From: Macrostomum lignano
Lineage: Eukaryota
Length of the DNA: 64,000 nucleotides
Reading direction: 5' to 3'
Assembly: GCA_002269645.1 (NCBI GenBank)
Contig: NIVC01001554.1
Span: 146,298-210,297 of the forward strand
Part shown: positions 1 through 11,625 of the stretch, piece by piece
Position numbering within the stretch: the first letter of the stretch is position 1
Layout: the number at the start of each line of letters is the position of its first letter
The notes under the pieces: model-generated
Seen by the model: the letters and a program-made list of their open reading frames with translations, nothing else
Databases searched by the model: none
Told to the model about the DNA's origin: nothing
Program-made: the position numbers and the translations under genes

Positions 1-479
1 GGATTTAAGCAATGCGGGGCTGGCCAGGGGAAGGGGTTAGAGATGATGATGCTGTCTGGCCCGTGTGGAGCCTGGGTCTGCGGTGTCACGCAAGGACCCG
101 GAGAAGCTATAGGGGGGGATGACAGGCATGTGAGAGAGTGAGCAGTGCTCAAACACACACATTATGCCAATATAATCTTCTACACTTAGTTGCGCCTTCC
201 TCCTCTTTGGTTTTCAGTTTTCCTTCTTCCTTCATCTTTCTCCGTGTCGACTTTTTTTTCTCATCCCCCCCGACCCTCCATGCCCCAGAGATTTTCCTGT
301 CCCGGCAGAAGCGAAATTATTTTTACAAAAAAGCACGCTGCTCCGCTAATCCCATCATCTCGGGGACTCGAGTGGCCGGAGCCGCAGACAGATATTTCCC
401 CACATTGAGGGGGAAAGAGATGTGGCAGTTCGCGTTTGATAGAGGCAAAGTGGAAATGAGGATGAATTAGGAGTGAATG

Positions 480-483
<4 letters not shown>

Positions 484-560
<77 letters not shown>
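484..560. repeat. (TC)n microsatellite
   Basis: Uninterrupted TC dinucleotide run of ~38 units. Confidence 0.98.
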
Positions 561-562
<2 letters not shown>

Positions 563-2616
563 CTCTGTCTCCGCCAGCCACTTCCTCTATGCCGAATTTT
601 TCTCCCATCTGCCCCAATCCCCTCCTCAATGTTGAAGCTGCTGGCTATTCCCAAATAAAGCTGAAACCCAGAATTATCGATCCGGACTGCCAGCTCAATA
701 CCCGCGGGCGACTAAAAAAACTTGCCTTGATCATTTTTACTGTTGCTGGGAAAATCTAGACACTCTGGCAACTCTGGGATCTTTGGGGGGTAGAAATATA
801 GCAGTGGCGCCTGTCATCGCCCCCCCTTAGTCATTTTATTAGCATTTTACCGGCTCACGGGGCAAGGAAAATCATAATTTTCAAGCAAACAGGCGGCTAC
901 AGACCGACCGGCTAATCCTCTCATTTTGATGCCGGAGTCTCAACCCCTCCCCTACCCGAAAATTGCTGCTGCTGTGGGATAATTAAACCAAGCAGCGACT
1001 CTCTCACCCAACCCTAATCTTGCGGGCACGGAGGATTTCTCTGAAACTCTTCTCTCCGATTTTTTACAGATAGTTGGCCGCCTGGCAGGAAACGGTCTCC
1101 CTTATCTCATTTCTCCCACTCCCTGAATCCCCAAACATTTGCTAGAATTAATCAGTCTCTCCCCCCTGCCTCCAGCCGCCTGTCGGAGTTGCCATGCTCA
1201 AAAGTCGATAAAAAGTGGCTGTCTTTTCTTCTGAGAAAATTTGAGCATGAAAAATTTATGACCTCCCACCAGAAGAGCCATATTTTTGGGATCTTGGAAA
1301 AAATTCCCCGGGTGAGCTTGGCAATTAATGGCATCGATTGTCCTCAAAATGAAGCCGACAATTGCTGGCTCAGAATCAATAGTAGCTCGAGAGATTTAAT
1401 ATACAAAAACGCTTCCATGGCAACACAGAGACGCAGGTGAAAAAATTGACACCTGACTTAAAAAAAATAATTTTTTTCTACGACTCTAATCTGTTTAGAT
1501 AGGACTTGACAATAAAAAATCTGATTGGATAATTGTGCTTATTATCTGCCATAGAGATAAAATGACCAACACAGCTAGCTGGCCACAGGCGCGCTGCGGG
1601 GCGCCACCAGAGCTCAAGACAATTTACAATGGACCCCCCGCCGAGTGTGGGGCTCGCGCAAATTCCTAGATAAACATTTCTTAGAAAACAGAAAACAGCC
1701 ACAGGATGACGAGGCTGAAGAATTAGCCCCGGGAATGACGCAATTGAAGATCCTGGCCCCCAAAAATAAGGCAAGCGCAGTTCGGCGGGTGAGCAGGGGG
1801 GGGGGGCTTCTCTCTGTTAAAACAGCGACAGATTTGGAATTCGGGTTTCAACTGATAAGCGGGGGACGGGGGGCGGTCAAGTGTGGGCGAAAATTGATCA
1901 GATAGAGGTGGGGATGAGGAACCCCGTCTCCCCTGAAGCCCCCGAGGGCAGAGTTCGGCTGTGGCCATACGCTGTGCTGCGGGCAGCATAATAACAGACT
2001 GTTGCTGCAGTCCGTGATTTCCCCAAAATACTTCAGCCGCCCTCCAGCTCAACTCCGCCCCCACCCGGCCCTTGAAAACCTGCTAATTACTGTGGCTAAC
2101 TGTGGGATTAATCTCCCAAATGCCTGCGGGGCGATTCCCCCGAACCCCATCGAAGTGCTTGCGTGCCAGACTCCGCCGCTTGAGTTGCCGCCATCCCCGT
2201 AGCCTCCTTCATCATGGGATTAAATCCCCCCCAACCCAACTGAGGAATTCAAAATCGGCCCACCTGCAACAAGTGCTCTACTCGCGCTTGCAAATAGAAG
2301 CAGCAAAAAGTCAGAAATTAAACACGAAACAAAAAAGCGAAACTCGGGCGCAATTCAAGTAGAATCCACTATTTTCTAATTGATCTCACTCTGTCCCTTG
2401 CTTCACCGACTCCCACTCTGCAGTTTCACAACCGACTTGTTGTTTGAGTTGAGTTTGAAAAGGCTGAATAACTGCTCCCCAAAATTCTGTGTTTCGAGCT
2501 GCCAATTGCTTCCAGATGCTTAGCTTTGGCTTAATTTATACCCGCCCGGGTCCTCTGCGCTCCTACAAACCCTAGGAGGCACGCCTCACTCCATGGCTTA
2601 CTGACTCTGCTTTCCC

Positions 2617-4160
2617 TGATTCCCCTCTCTCTTATCTCTGCCGCTCTCTGATTCCCCTCTCTCTTATCTCCGCCGCTCTCTGATTCCCCTCTCTCTTATC
2701 TCTGCCGCTCTCTGATCCCCCCTCTCTCTTATCTCTGCCGCTCTCTGATCCTCCCTCTCTTATCTCTGCCGCTCTCTGATCCTCCCTCTCTTATCTCTGC
2801 CGCTCTCTGATCCTCCCTCTCTTATCTCTGCCGCTCTCTGATCCCCCTCTCTCTTATCTCTGCCGCTCTCTGATCCTCCCTCTCTCTTATCTCTGCCGCT
2901 CTCTGATCCTCCCTCTCTTATCTCTGCCGCTCTCTGATTCCCCCCTCTCTTATCTCTGCCGCTCTCTGATCCCCCCTCTCTCTTATCTCTGCCGCTCTCT
3001 GATCCTCCCTCTCTCTTATCTCTGCCGCTCTCTGATTCCCCCCTCTCTTATCTCTGCCGCTCTCTGATTCCCCCCTCTCTGATCTCTGCCGCTCTCTGAT
3101 CCTCCCTCTCTTATCTCTGCCGCTCTCTGATTCCCCCCTCTCTTATCTCTGCCGCTCTCTGATTCCTCCCTCTCTGATCTCTGCCGCTCTCTGATTCCCC
3201 CTCTCTCTTATCTCTGCCGCTCTCTGATTCCCCCTCTCTCTGATCTCTGCCGCTCTCTGATTCCCCCCTCTCTGATCTCTGCCGCTCTCTGATTCCCCCT
3301 CTCTCTGATCTCTGCCGCTCTCTGATTCCCCCCTCTCTGATCTCTGCCGCTCTCTGATCCCCCCTCTCTCTTATCTCTGCCGCTCTCTGATCCTCCCTCT
3401 CTTATCTCTGCCGCTCTCTGATCCCCCCTCTCTCTTATCTCTGCCGCTCTCTGATTCCCCCTCTCTTATCTCTGCCGCTCTCTGATTCCCCCTCTCTGAT
3501 CTCTGCCGCTCTCTGATTCCCCCCTCTCTGATCTCTGCCGCTCTCTGATTCCCCCTCTCTGATCTCTGCCGCTCTCTGATTCCCCCCTCTCTGATCTCTG
3601 CCGCTCTCTGATCCTCCCTCTCTTATCTCTGCCGCTCTCTGATTCCCCCCTCTCTTATCTCTGCCGCTCTCTGATTCCCCCCTCTCTGATCTCTGCCGCT
3701 CTCTGATTCCCCCCTCTCTGATCTCTGCCGCTCTCTGATTCCCCCTCTCTCTTATCTCTGCCGCTCTCTGATTCCCCCCTCTCTGATCTCTGCCGCTCTC
3801 TGATTCCCCCTCTCTCTGATCTCTGCCGCTCTCTGATTCCCCCCTCTCTTATCTCTGCCGCTCTCTGATTCCCCCTCTCTCTGATCTCTGCCGCTCTCTG
3901 ATTCCCCCCTCTCTTATCTCTGCCGCTCTCTGATTCCCCCTCTCTCTGATCTCTGCCGCTCTCTGATTCCCCCTCTCTCTTATCTCTGCCGCTCTCTGAT
4001 TCCCCCTCTCTCTGATCTCTGCCGCTCTCTGATTCCCCCCTCTCTTATCTCTGCCGCTCTCTGATTCCCCCTCTCTTATCTCTGCCGCTCTCTGATTCCC
4101 CCTCTCTCTTATCTCTGCCGCTCTCTGATTCCCCCTCTCTCTTATCTCTGCTGCTCTCTT
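2617..4160. repeat. Pyrimidine-rich minisatellite, ~29-31 nt unit (TCTCTGCCGCTCTCTGATTCCCCCTCTCT(T/G)A), ~50 copies
   Basis: Visible tandem repeat with a variable C-run, ending ~40 nt from the Bcl-2-family exon 3 donor. Confidence 0.97.
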
Positions 4161-4199
4161 TCATCTATCTCTCCTTCAACCCCTCTGCCCCTCACTCAC

Positions 4200-4430
4200 C
4201 CAGCCTCCCTGCAGAGTGACCCAGCAGGCCACGCGGTGCCGCACGAAGGCCAGCGACCAGGCCAGGAGGCGGCGGAACCAGTTCACGCCGAATTCCAGCA
4301 GGCCGCGGATGGCCACATCGGAGCAGAAGAAGAACAGCACGACAACTCGCTCGCGGGTGACGCCGCCGCGAAAGAAGAGCTCGGTAAGTAGGGCGTCGAA
4401 ATCGGTCGCCGTGATCTGCTGGACTGGCAC
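4200..4430 (-). CDS. Bcl-2 family (Bax-like) protein, exon 3: BH1 and BH2
   Basis: Acceptor CCCCAG|GTG at 4430 and donor TGG|GTGAGT at 4199, both phase 0 (77 codons). Encodes ELFFRGGVTRERVVVLFFF (BH1-like) and WVTLQGGW (BH2). An intron right after GGW is the typical Bcl-2-family position. Confidence 0.88.
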
Positions 4431-4590
4431 CTGGGGCAGGAAATTTGGTGAAACTGAAGTAATGAGATTGCTGGATGATTTTTACTTTGAGACCGGTTGA
4501 GCCTTTAATGCAAAGCAGGGATATCTTTGCTATCTGTTGCTTTGTCTCTTAATTTCTAAGCCTTGAAAATATTCCTCAGATTTTATTCGT

Positions 4591-5340
4591 TACCTCTCCC
4601 ACTCTCTCTTCCTGGCTACCTTTCAACTCTACCTCTTCCTAGCTACCTCTCTACACTACCTCTTCCTAGCTACCTCTCTACTCTACCTCTTCCTAGCTAC
4701 CTCTCTACTCTACCTCTTCCTAGCTACCTCTCTACTCTACCTCTTCCTAGCTACCTCTCTACTCTACCTCTTCCTAGCTACCTCTCTACTCTACCTCTTC
4801 CTAGCTACCTCTCTACTCTACCTCTTCCTAGCTACCTCTCTACTCTACCTCTTCCTATCTACCTCTCCCACTCTACCTCTTCCTAGCTACCTCTCTACTC
4901 TATCTCTTCCTAGCTACCTCTCTACTCTATCTCTTCCTAGCTACCTCTCTACTCTATCTCTTCCTATCTACCTCTCCCACTCTACCTCTTCCTAGCTACC
5001 TCTCTACTCTATCTCTTCCTAGCTACCTCTCTACTCTATCTCTTCCTAGCTACCTCTCTACTCTATCTCTTCCTAGCTACCTTTCTACTCTACCTTTTCC
5101 TAGCTACCTCTTTACTCTATCTCTTCCTATCTACCTCTCCCACTCTACCTCTTCCTAGCTACCTCTCTACTCTATCTCTTCCTATCTACCTCTCCCACTC
5201 TACCTCTTCCTAGCTACCTCTCTACTCTATCTCTTCCTATCTACCTCTCCCACTCTACCTCTTCCTAGCTACCTCTCTACTCTATCTCTTCCTATCTACC
5301 TCTCCCACTCTACCTCTTTCTATCTACCTCTAACACTATC
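4591..5340. repeat. 24-nt minisatellite (CTCTACCTCTTCCTAGCTACCTCT-type), ~30 copies
   Basis: Visible tandem repeat in intron 2 of the Bcl-2-family gene. Confidence 0.97.
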
Positions 5341-6554
5341 CATTAATATCTACATCTCCCAATCTACTATCATCTATTCCCTCTCCAGTTAAGTTATCTT
5401 ACCCCCCCCCCTGTTCTGCTCACACTCACTGGACCCCACGAGTCACAACTGAAGTGTTGTCAGCCTTTCCCAATTTGCTCATGCATAAAAGTAAATATTA
5501 AAAACAGATTTTTAACACCCCTTGCTCTCGGCTGGACAAAGCAGCACTTGAAATCAACTACTAAGTTATGCAAATACTTTAGCGCATTCTCATCAACTTG
5601 ACACTGTCACACAGCTTAAAGAAAGAGTTTCAGAAAATATCTGACATGAATAATGATTGCGCAATCAAGCTCAGGACAGACGGAATTCTCGCTGCTCGAA
5701 AAGTTAACAAAAAATTCCAAGTGGCCGCTACCTATTCTAAGTAGGAGAAGAAGACAGGATGGAGGCCCAGCTAGCTGAATTATTCAAATCCATACTCAAA
5801 ACTTACGATTATGAAAAATGAACAAGCTTATAACCTTTTTAAAGCTTGATAGCTGAGAAATATAATGAGACAAAAAAGGCAGTAATTAAAAAATTTGGTT
5901 GGTCTGTTTAGGTCGCGAGGTGAGTCGGTGGGGGGGGGGGTCGAGGCTGGGCAGGCCGGGGCCTGCAGGCGGGCATGGAAACCGCGGAGGTTTAAAAAAA
6001 GCCGAGGCTGAAGAGACATGCAGAGCGGATTATTAGCCTTCCGAGTCTGTCCCGACCCTCGGGGTCACCGCCGGAGCCGCTGGCTGGGAGGCCAACTTCT
6101 GTTGTCAGGCGAAAGCGGGGAAAACGTTGAGACGAGACCGGAATGCGCAATCCGAGTTGCCACCCAGGATTTTGGGGTTGCGGAAAATTGAGAAGAAAAT
6201 CTGAGAAATGAGCGGCTTTGATGTGAAAGACTTCGGGTCACGCGGGGGCTCGGCCCGACTCGACCTCAGAACTGTGAGCAGGTGCTCACTCAGCGGGCTA
6301 CTACAAAATGACCCCCACCCTGGCAACAGGGTGACTTTGACTGGTTTTCACCCAACCAGAGGTCATTGGAATAGAAAAGAAAATCGAACAGATTCCAGTC
6401 CAGCAGCTCAGGAAAGGAATTCAACCTATTTTTTTCAGACACTGCTTAAAAAACAACAGGCCCCGGTATCTGGGCTGGGATTGACTATTTTTTTATGAAG
6501 AAACTAAAAAAATAAACACCTTTTTCAAGTGAAAAGAAGAAGGAACGGGAAGAA

Positions 6555-6872
6555 AAGAGAGGAAAGGGGAGGGGAGAGAGGAGAGGGGAGAGAGGAGAGG
6601 GGAGAGAGGAGAGGGGAGAGAGAAGAGATGAGAGAGAAGAGATGAGAGAGGAAGGAGGATCGAGAGGGGAGAGAAGAGAGAGGGGAGAGAAGAGAGAGGG
6701 GAGAGAAGAGAGAGGGGAGAGAAGAGAGGAGAGAGGAGAGGGGAGAGAAGAGAGGAGAGGGGAGGGGAGAGAGAGTAGAGATGGGAGAGGGGAGAGATGG
6801 GAGAGAGGAGAGAGGAGAGGGAGGAGAGAGGGGAGGGAGAGGAGAGAGGAGAGTAGAGGAGAGGGGAGAGGC
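6555..6872. repeat. GA-rich polypurine low-complexity tract
   Basis: About 300 nt composed almost only of G and A. Confidence 0.92.
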
Positions 6873-7062
6873 GAAAGAGTAAGAGCAGATGATAAGAAGG
6901 CAGATATTAAAAGTAATAACGAGAGCTCAAAAGCGCACAGAACTGAAACGCGCAGAAGGCATGACAACAAAAGCAGCAGTAGAGCAAAAAGTTCCATAAC
7001 GAATCTCAAATACAAGCAATGCCAACTAAATTGCTGTGTTAGACGGCTGTTTAACAGTGCCG

Positions 7063-7502
7063 GCACTCTGGGACAAGCACTCTGGCACAAGCACACAGGC
7101 ACAAGCACACTGGCACAAGCACACTGGCACAAGCACACAGGCACAAGCACACTGGCACAAGCACACTGGCACAAGCACTCTGGCACAAGCACTCTGGCAC
7201 AAGCACTCTGGCACAAGCACTCTGGCACAAGCACACTGGCACAAGCACACTGGCACAAGCACACTGGCACAAGCACTCTGGCACAAGCACACTGGCACAA
7301 GCACACTGGCACAAGCACTCTGGCACAAGCACACTGGCACAAGCACTCTGGCACAAGCACTCTGGCACAAGCACTCTGGCACAAGCACTCTGGCACAAGC
7401 ACTCTGGCACAAGCACACTGGCACAAGCACACTGGCACAAGCACTCTGGCACAAGCACTCTGGCACAAGCACACTGGCACAAGCACTCTGGCACAAGCAC
7501 AC
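7063..7502. repeat. 14-nt minisatellite TGGCACAAGCAC(TC/AC), ~31 copies
   Basis: Tandem repeat abutting the exon 2 donor (GTGAGT at 7506, minus strand). Confidence 0.97.
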
Positions 7503-7506
7503 TCAC

Positions 7507-7624
7507 CCGTCTGGCCTGCTGGCGCACGCGCTGCCGCTCGCGGGACCGGTTGAACTCTTCGGCGAGGTCGCGCAGAACCAGACCGGCCCGGCGCCACTGC
7601 TCTCGTCCGGACGCGGCCGCTGGC
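7507..7624 (-). CDS. Bcl-2 family (Bax-like) protein, exon 2: BH3-like helix
   Basis: TTCCAG|G at 7624 and CGG|GTGAGT at 7506; 118 nt (phase 2 to 0) joins exons 1 and 3 in frame. Encodes (E)PAAASGREQWRRAGLVLRDLAEEFNRSRERQRVRQQARR. Confidence 0.8.
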
Positions 7625-7661
7625 CTGGAATTCCAGGGTAACCGCGAGAGTGAGGAAAGAC

Positions 7662-7790
7662 TAGGGTTGGGGAAGATTAGGGTTGGGGAAGATTAGGGTT
7701 GGGGAAGATTAGGGTTGGGAAAGATTAGGGTTGGGGAAGATTAGGTTTGGGGAAGATGATTAGGGTTGGGAGGTTGGGGATGATTAGGAT
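7662..7790. repeat. 16-nt G-rich repeat (TAGGGTTGGGGAAGAT), ~8 copies, in intron 1
   Basis: Tandem GATTAGGGTTGGGGAA units. Confidence 0.93.
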
Positions 7791-7835
7791 TGGAGGTCTT
7801 GAAAAATCCCTCTCTCCCTCAGCCAGAGAACTCAC

Positions 7836-8224
7836 TCAGCATCCGGCATCGTCACGAGCTCGACAGCTCGCCGCTCCGCCAGTCCCGCCGGCCGGTCCGG
7901 CAGCCGCTCAATCTCGTGGGCCACAAAGTCGCTGAACAGCCGGGCGCCGTCTCTGGCCGCCGCCGACGTCACATCGGCGACCTCCAGCTGCGGTAGCGTC
8001 GGCGGCTCGGACTCGACCACCTCTGACGGCTGCTGGCGGCGAGCGTCTCGGGGCAGCAGGTCCGGCCCGACCCCGGTGAAAGTCACTTCGAGTGGAGGCG
8101 GCCGGCGAGGCCTCGGAATGCCGTTGCCGCCGCCGTCGCCGCTGCCACCTCCGCCGTTGCCGGAAATCCGCAGGCGCAGACAGGAGGGCGGCTTCCCGCC
8201 ACCGTTACCGCGGTTGGACGACAT
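7836..8224 (-). CDS. Bcl-2 family (Bax-like) protein, exon 1
   Basis: ATG at 8224; donor GA|GTGAGT at 7835 (389 nt, phase 2) is in frame with exon 2. Gly/Pro-rich N-terminus followed by a helical segment (AARDGARLFSDFVAHEIERL). Confidence 0.72.
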
Positions 8225-9065
8225 GCTGTGAGTCGCTGTATTCGAGTATCTCTAATTTAGCCGATTTGAGCTCAAATATTGAGCAAGAAAAGGATGGAAC
8301 CCGTCTGCTTGATTTGGTTTGGCCTCGACTCCAGGCTCTGTCCCAGGCTCAAAGCCTTCCGACACAGGATATTTATTGATAATCCGCGGGGTTCGCAGCC
8401 ACCCCAGCGCCTCTCCCAGCCCTCCGCCCGAAAATCGGCCACGTCCTACCAGGAGCAGCAGCAGCAGCAGGAGCAGCAATCAGCAAAGCGCCTCTCAGCC
8501 CCCATTGTCTCCCCTCAACCTGGCAAAGCGGTCCAATGAGCCGCCATCTCTGCCGCTGATTGGCTGGCTGAGCTCGGAGAATTCTGCCACCAACAGCTCG
8601 CTTATCAATTAGTCAGCACAATTGATGAAATTGTTAATCGTAACTCTGCGCGGACTAGATGAAGGTCAAGTTAAAACAAATCTGCACTCGAACGCGTTCC
8701 AATGATAATTATAATTTGTTAAAGCATGCCAACAGCAGTAAACATTAGAGAAATCCATTCTCCATATTTCTACTTACTTACAATTTGTCAATTAACACAC
8801 AAAAACTGGAGTCCACTCGAGTGGCACTTCAATCTGAGAAATGCACTATTAGTCAAAGGCTGTTAATTGCTTGTCAGTCAGAATCTGTGAAGTGGCAATG
8901 GCCAAGGTTAAAATCTGTTAGAGTGTTGCGCACTTGACTGCATCAGGTTCGCCACACTGCCCCATCATGCAATACAAACAAATGAACTTTGAAGAGTGCA
9001 TTTGTACTTTAAAAGAGAGAAATTCGATGATTAAAAGTTCCAATTGTACTTTGAAGCTCGTATCA

Positions 9066-10510
9066 TTTAGTTCAGGTGAGATTTTAGCGCCAATTTAGTT
9101 CAGGTGAGATTTTAGCGCCAATTCAGTTCAGGTGAGATTTTAGCGCCAATTCAAGTTTAGGTCAGGTGAGATTTTAGCGTCAATTCAAGTTTAGGTCAGG
9201 TGAGATTTTAGCGCCAATTCAAGTTTAGCTCAGGTGAGATTTTAGCGCCAATTCAAGTTTAGCTCAGGTGAGATTTTAGCGCCAATTCAGTTCAGGTGAG
9301 ATTTTAGCGCCAATTCAGTTCAGGTGAGATTTTAGCGCCAATTTAGTTCAGGTGAGATTTTAGCGCCAATTCAGTTCAGGTGAGATTTTAGCGCCAATTT
9401 AATTCAGATGAGATTTTAGCGCCAATTCAATTTTAGGTCAGGTGAGATTTTAGCGCCAATTCAAGTTTAGCTCAGGTGAGATTTTAGCGCCAATTCAGTT
9501 CAGGTGAGATTTTAGCGCCAATTTAGTTCAGGTGAGATTTTAGCGCCAATTCAAGTTTAGGTCAGGTGAGATTTTAGCGCCAATTCAAGTTTAGGTGAGA
9601 TTTTAGCGCCAATTCAGTTCAGGTGAGATTTTAGCGATAATTCAGTTCAGGTGAGATTTTAGCGCCAATTTAGTTCAGGTGAGATTTTAGCGCCAATTCA
9701 GTTCAGGTGAGATTTTAGCGCCAATTCAAGTTTAGGTCAGGTGAGATTTTAGCGCCAATTCAAGTTTAGCTCAGGTGAGATTTTAGCGCCAATTCAGTTC
9801 AGGTGAGATTTTAGCGATAATTAAGTTCAGGTGAGATTTTAGCGATAATTCAGTTCAGGTGAGATTTTAGCGCCAATTTAGTTCAGGTGAGATTTTAGCG
9901 CCAATTCAGTTCAGGTGAGATTTTAGCGCCAATTCAAGTTTAGGTCAGGTGAGATTTTAGCGCCAATTCAAGTTTAGCTCAGGTGAGATTTTAGCGCCAA
10001 TTCAGTTCAGGTGAGATTTTAGCGCCAATTCAGTTCAGGTGAGATTTTAGCGCCAATTCAGTTCAGGTGAGATTTTAGCGCCACTTCAAGTTTAGGTCAG
10101 GTGAGATTTTAGCGCCAATTCAATTTTAGCTCAGGTGAGATTTTAGCGCCAATTCAGTTCAGGTGAGATTTTAGTGATAATTCAGTTCAGGTGAGATTTT
10201 AGCGATAATTCAGTTCAGGTGAGATTTTAGCGCCAATTTAGTTCAGGTGAGATTTTAGCGCCAATTCAGTTCAGGTGAGATTTTAGCGCCAATTCAAGTT
10301 TAGGTCAGGTGAGATTTTAGCGCCAATTCAAGTTTAGGTCAGGTGAGATTTTAGCGATAATTCAGTTCAGGTGAGATTTTAGCGATAATTCAGTTCAGGT
10401 GAGATTTTAGCGCCAATTTAGCTCAGGTGAGATTTTAGCGCCAATTCAGTTCAGGTGAGATTTTAGCGCCAATTCAAGTTTAGGTCAGGTGAGACTTTAG
10501 CACCAATTTA
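9066..10510. repeat. Minisatellite with core CAGGTGAGATTTTAGCGCCAAT; 28-nt and 34-nt unit variants, ~48 copies
   Basis: Core plus TCAGTT (28 nt) or TCAAGTTTAGGT (34 nt), interspersed. Confidence 0.97.
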
Positions 10511-11269
10511 TAGTGAGTACGCCATCCCAAGTTCCCTAGGGGAAAGGGGGTTGGGGTTGGGCGAGGAAATCTTGATGACATTTTGGCATCGCGGGTCCAA
10601 ATTCAGAATGCCAGTGGCATCTATGTACCATAAAAAGTGCCAGGAAAGAAGGAAGGAATGCGACAGTCTCGCATACTAATTGTGGATAAGTCGCTACATA
10701 AAGAGGCTCTAGATACAGTTGCTATGGCGGTGCAGTTGGAAATCTCCCAAGAGAACGCTGGCACCTTAAGCTCCTCTTGTACACTCAGTTGTAGCAAAAG
10801 AAGCTCCACTCAGTTTTATTTGTCGTGGAAAAAGGCAATTCAGCCCCAGAGTTGCAAAACTCTGAAACACAAGCTCACGAGTTCAGTTCTTTTATTCAAC
10901 TGAATTTTTTGTAGCTGGTAATGCAATACTCGCTGCTCAGTCCCCTGAGATGATACACAGTCAAGTCATTTCTGCGCAACCGGCTTAGCAACTAAAAATT
11001 GAAATTTTAGCTGGAGAAACACCGCCCCACACCTCAAGTCGGTGTTTCAGAGATAAAAACGGGAAGCTATTAATTGTTCGCTACATCCCAGGCGTTTCTA
11101 GTTTCGTTTGTAGAAAGCAACTGCATTTAGATTTCATAATTTCATTTAGTCTGCTATGTTGCTGGAAACCAAACATCTGCTCTCACACACAGGAACCTCA
11201 GCCCTCTCTAACATTTATTCATTGTCATTTACCCTCTCTCCATGCTATCTTAGCCTATATTAACCATGC

Positions 11270-11625
11270 TATCTGGCTACTTCTCCCTCTCCTACCCCTA
11301 GCTACTTCTCCCCCTCCTATCCTTAGCTACTTCTCCCCCTCCTACCCATAGCTACTTCTCACCCTCCTACCCTTAGCTACTTCTCCCCCTCCTACCCATA
11401 GCTACTTCCCCTACCCAACTACTCCCCCCTCCTACCCCCTAGCTACTTCTCCCCTCATATCCCTTAGCTACTTCTCCCCTCATATCCCTTAGCTACTTCT
11501 CCCCTCATATCCCCTAGCAAATTCTCCCCTCATATCCCTTAGCTACTTCTCCCCTCCTACCCTAAGCTAATTCTCCCTTTCCTACCTATAGCTACGTGTC
11601 CCCCTCCTACACCTAGCTATTTTCT
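11270..11625. repeat. ~25-nt minisatellite (CCCTTAGCTACTTCTCCCCTCCTAC), degenerate
   Basis: Visible tandem repeat; shares CCTAGCTAC with the 4591-5340 array. Confidence 0.9.

Noticed and set aside
60-135. Candidate last exon of the Bcl-2-family gene after CTATAG| at ~117
   Set aside because: It would add only LLRVLA-stop with no TM helix; no supporting evidence. The true exon probably lies outside the window.
138-2400. Numerous 60-120-aa ORFs here and in other unique intronic or intergenic stretches (e.g. 13362-16167, 21540-23803, 26253-31435, 37788-38200)
   Set aside because: No recognisable domains, consistent splice phases or coding-like bias; many start at TTG or GTG.
6485-7641. ORFs of 158-370 aa (e.g. 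6485-7597, 6642-7553) with CARVLVP or STLAQAHWHKH repeats
   Set aside because: They are translations of the GA tract and the 14-nt minisatellite inside an intron; stop-free only because of low complexity.
9066-10510. CRISPR-like appearance (constant core with variable spacer) of the CAGGTGAG arrays
   Set aside because: The spacers are a few recurring 6-12-nt variants rather than unique ~30-nt sequences; eukaryotic context and no cas genes.
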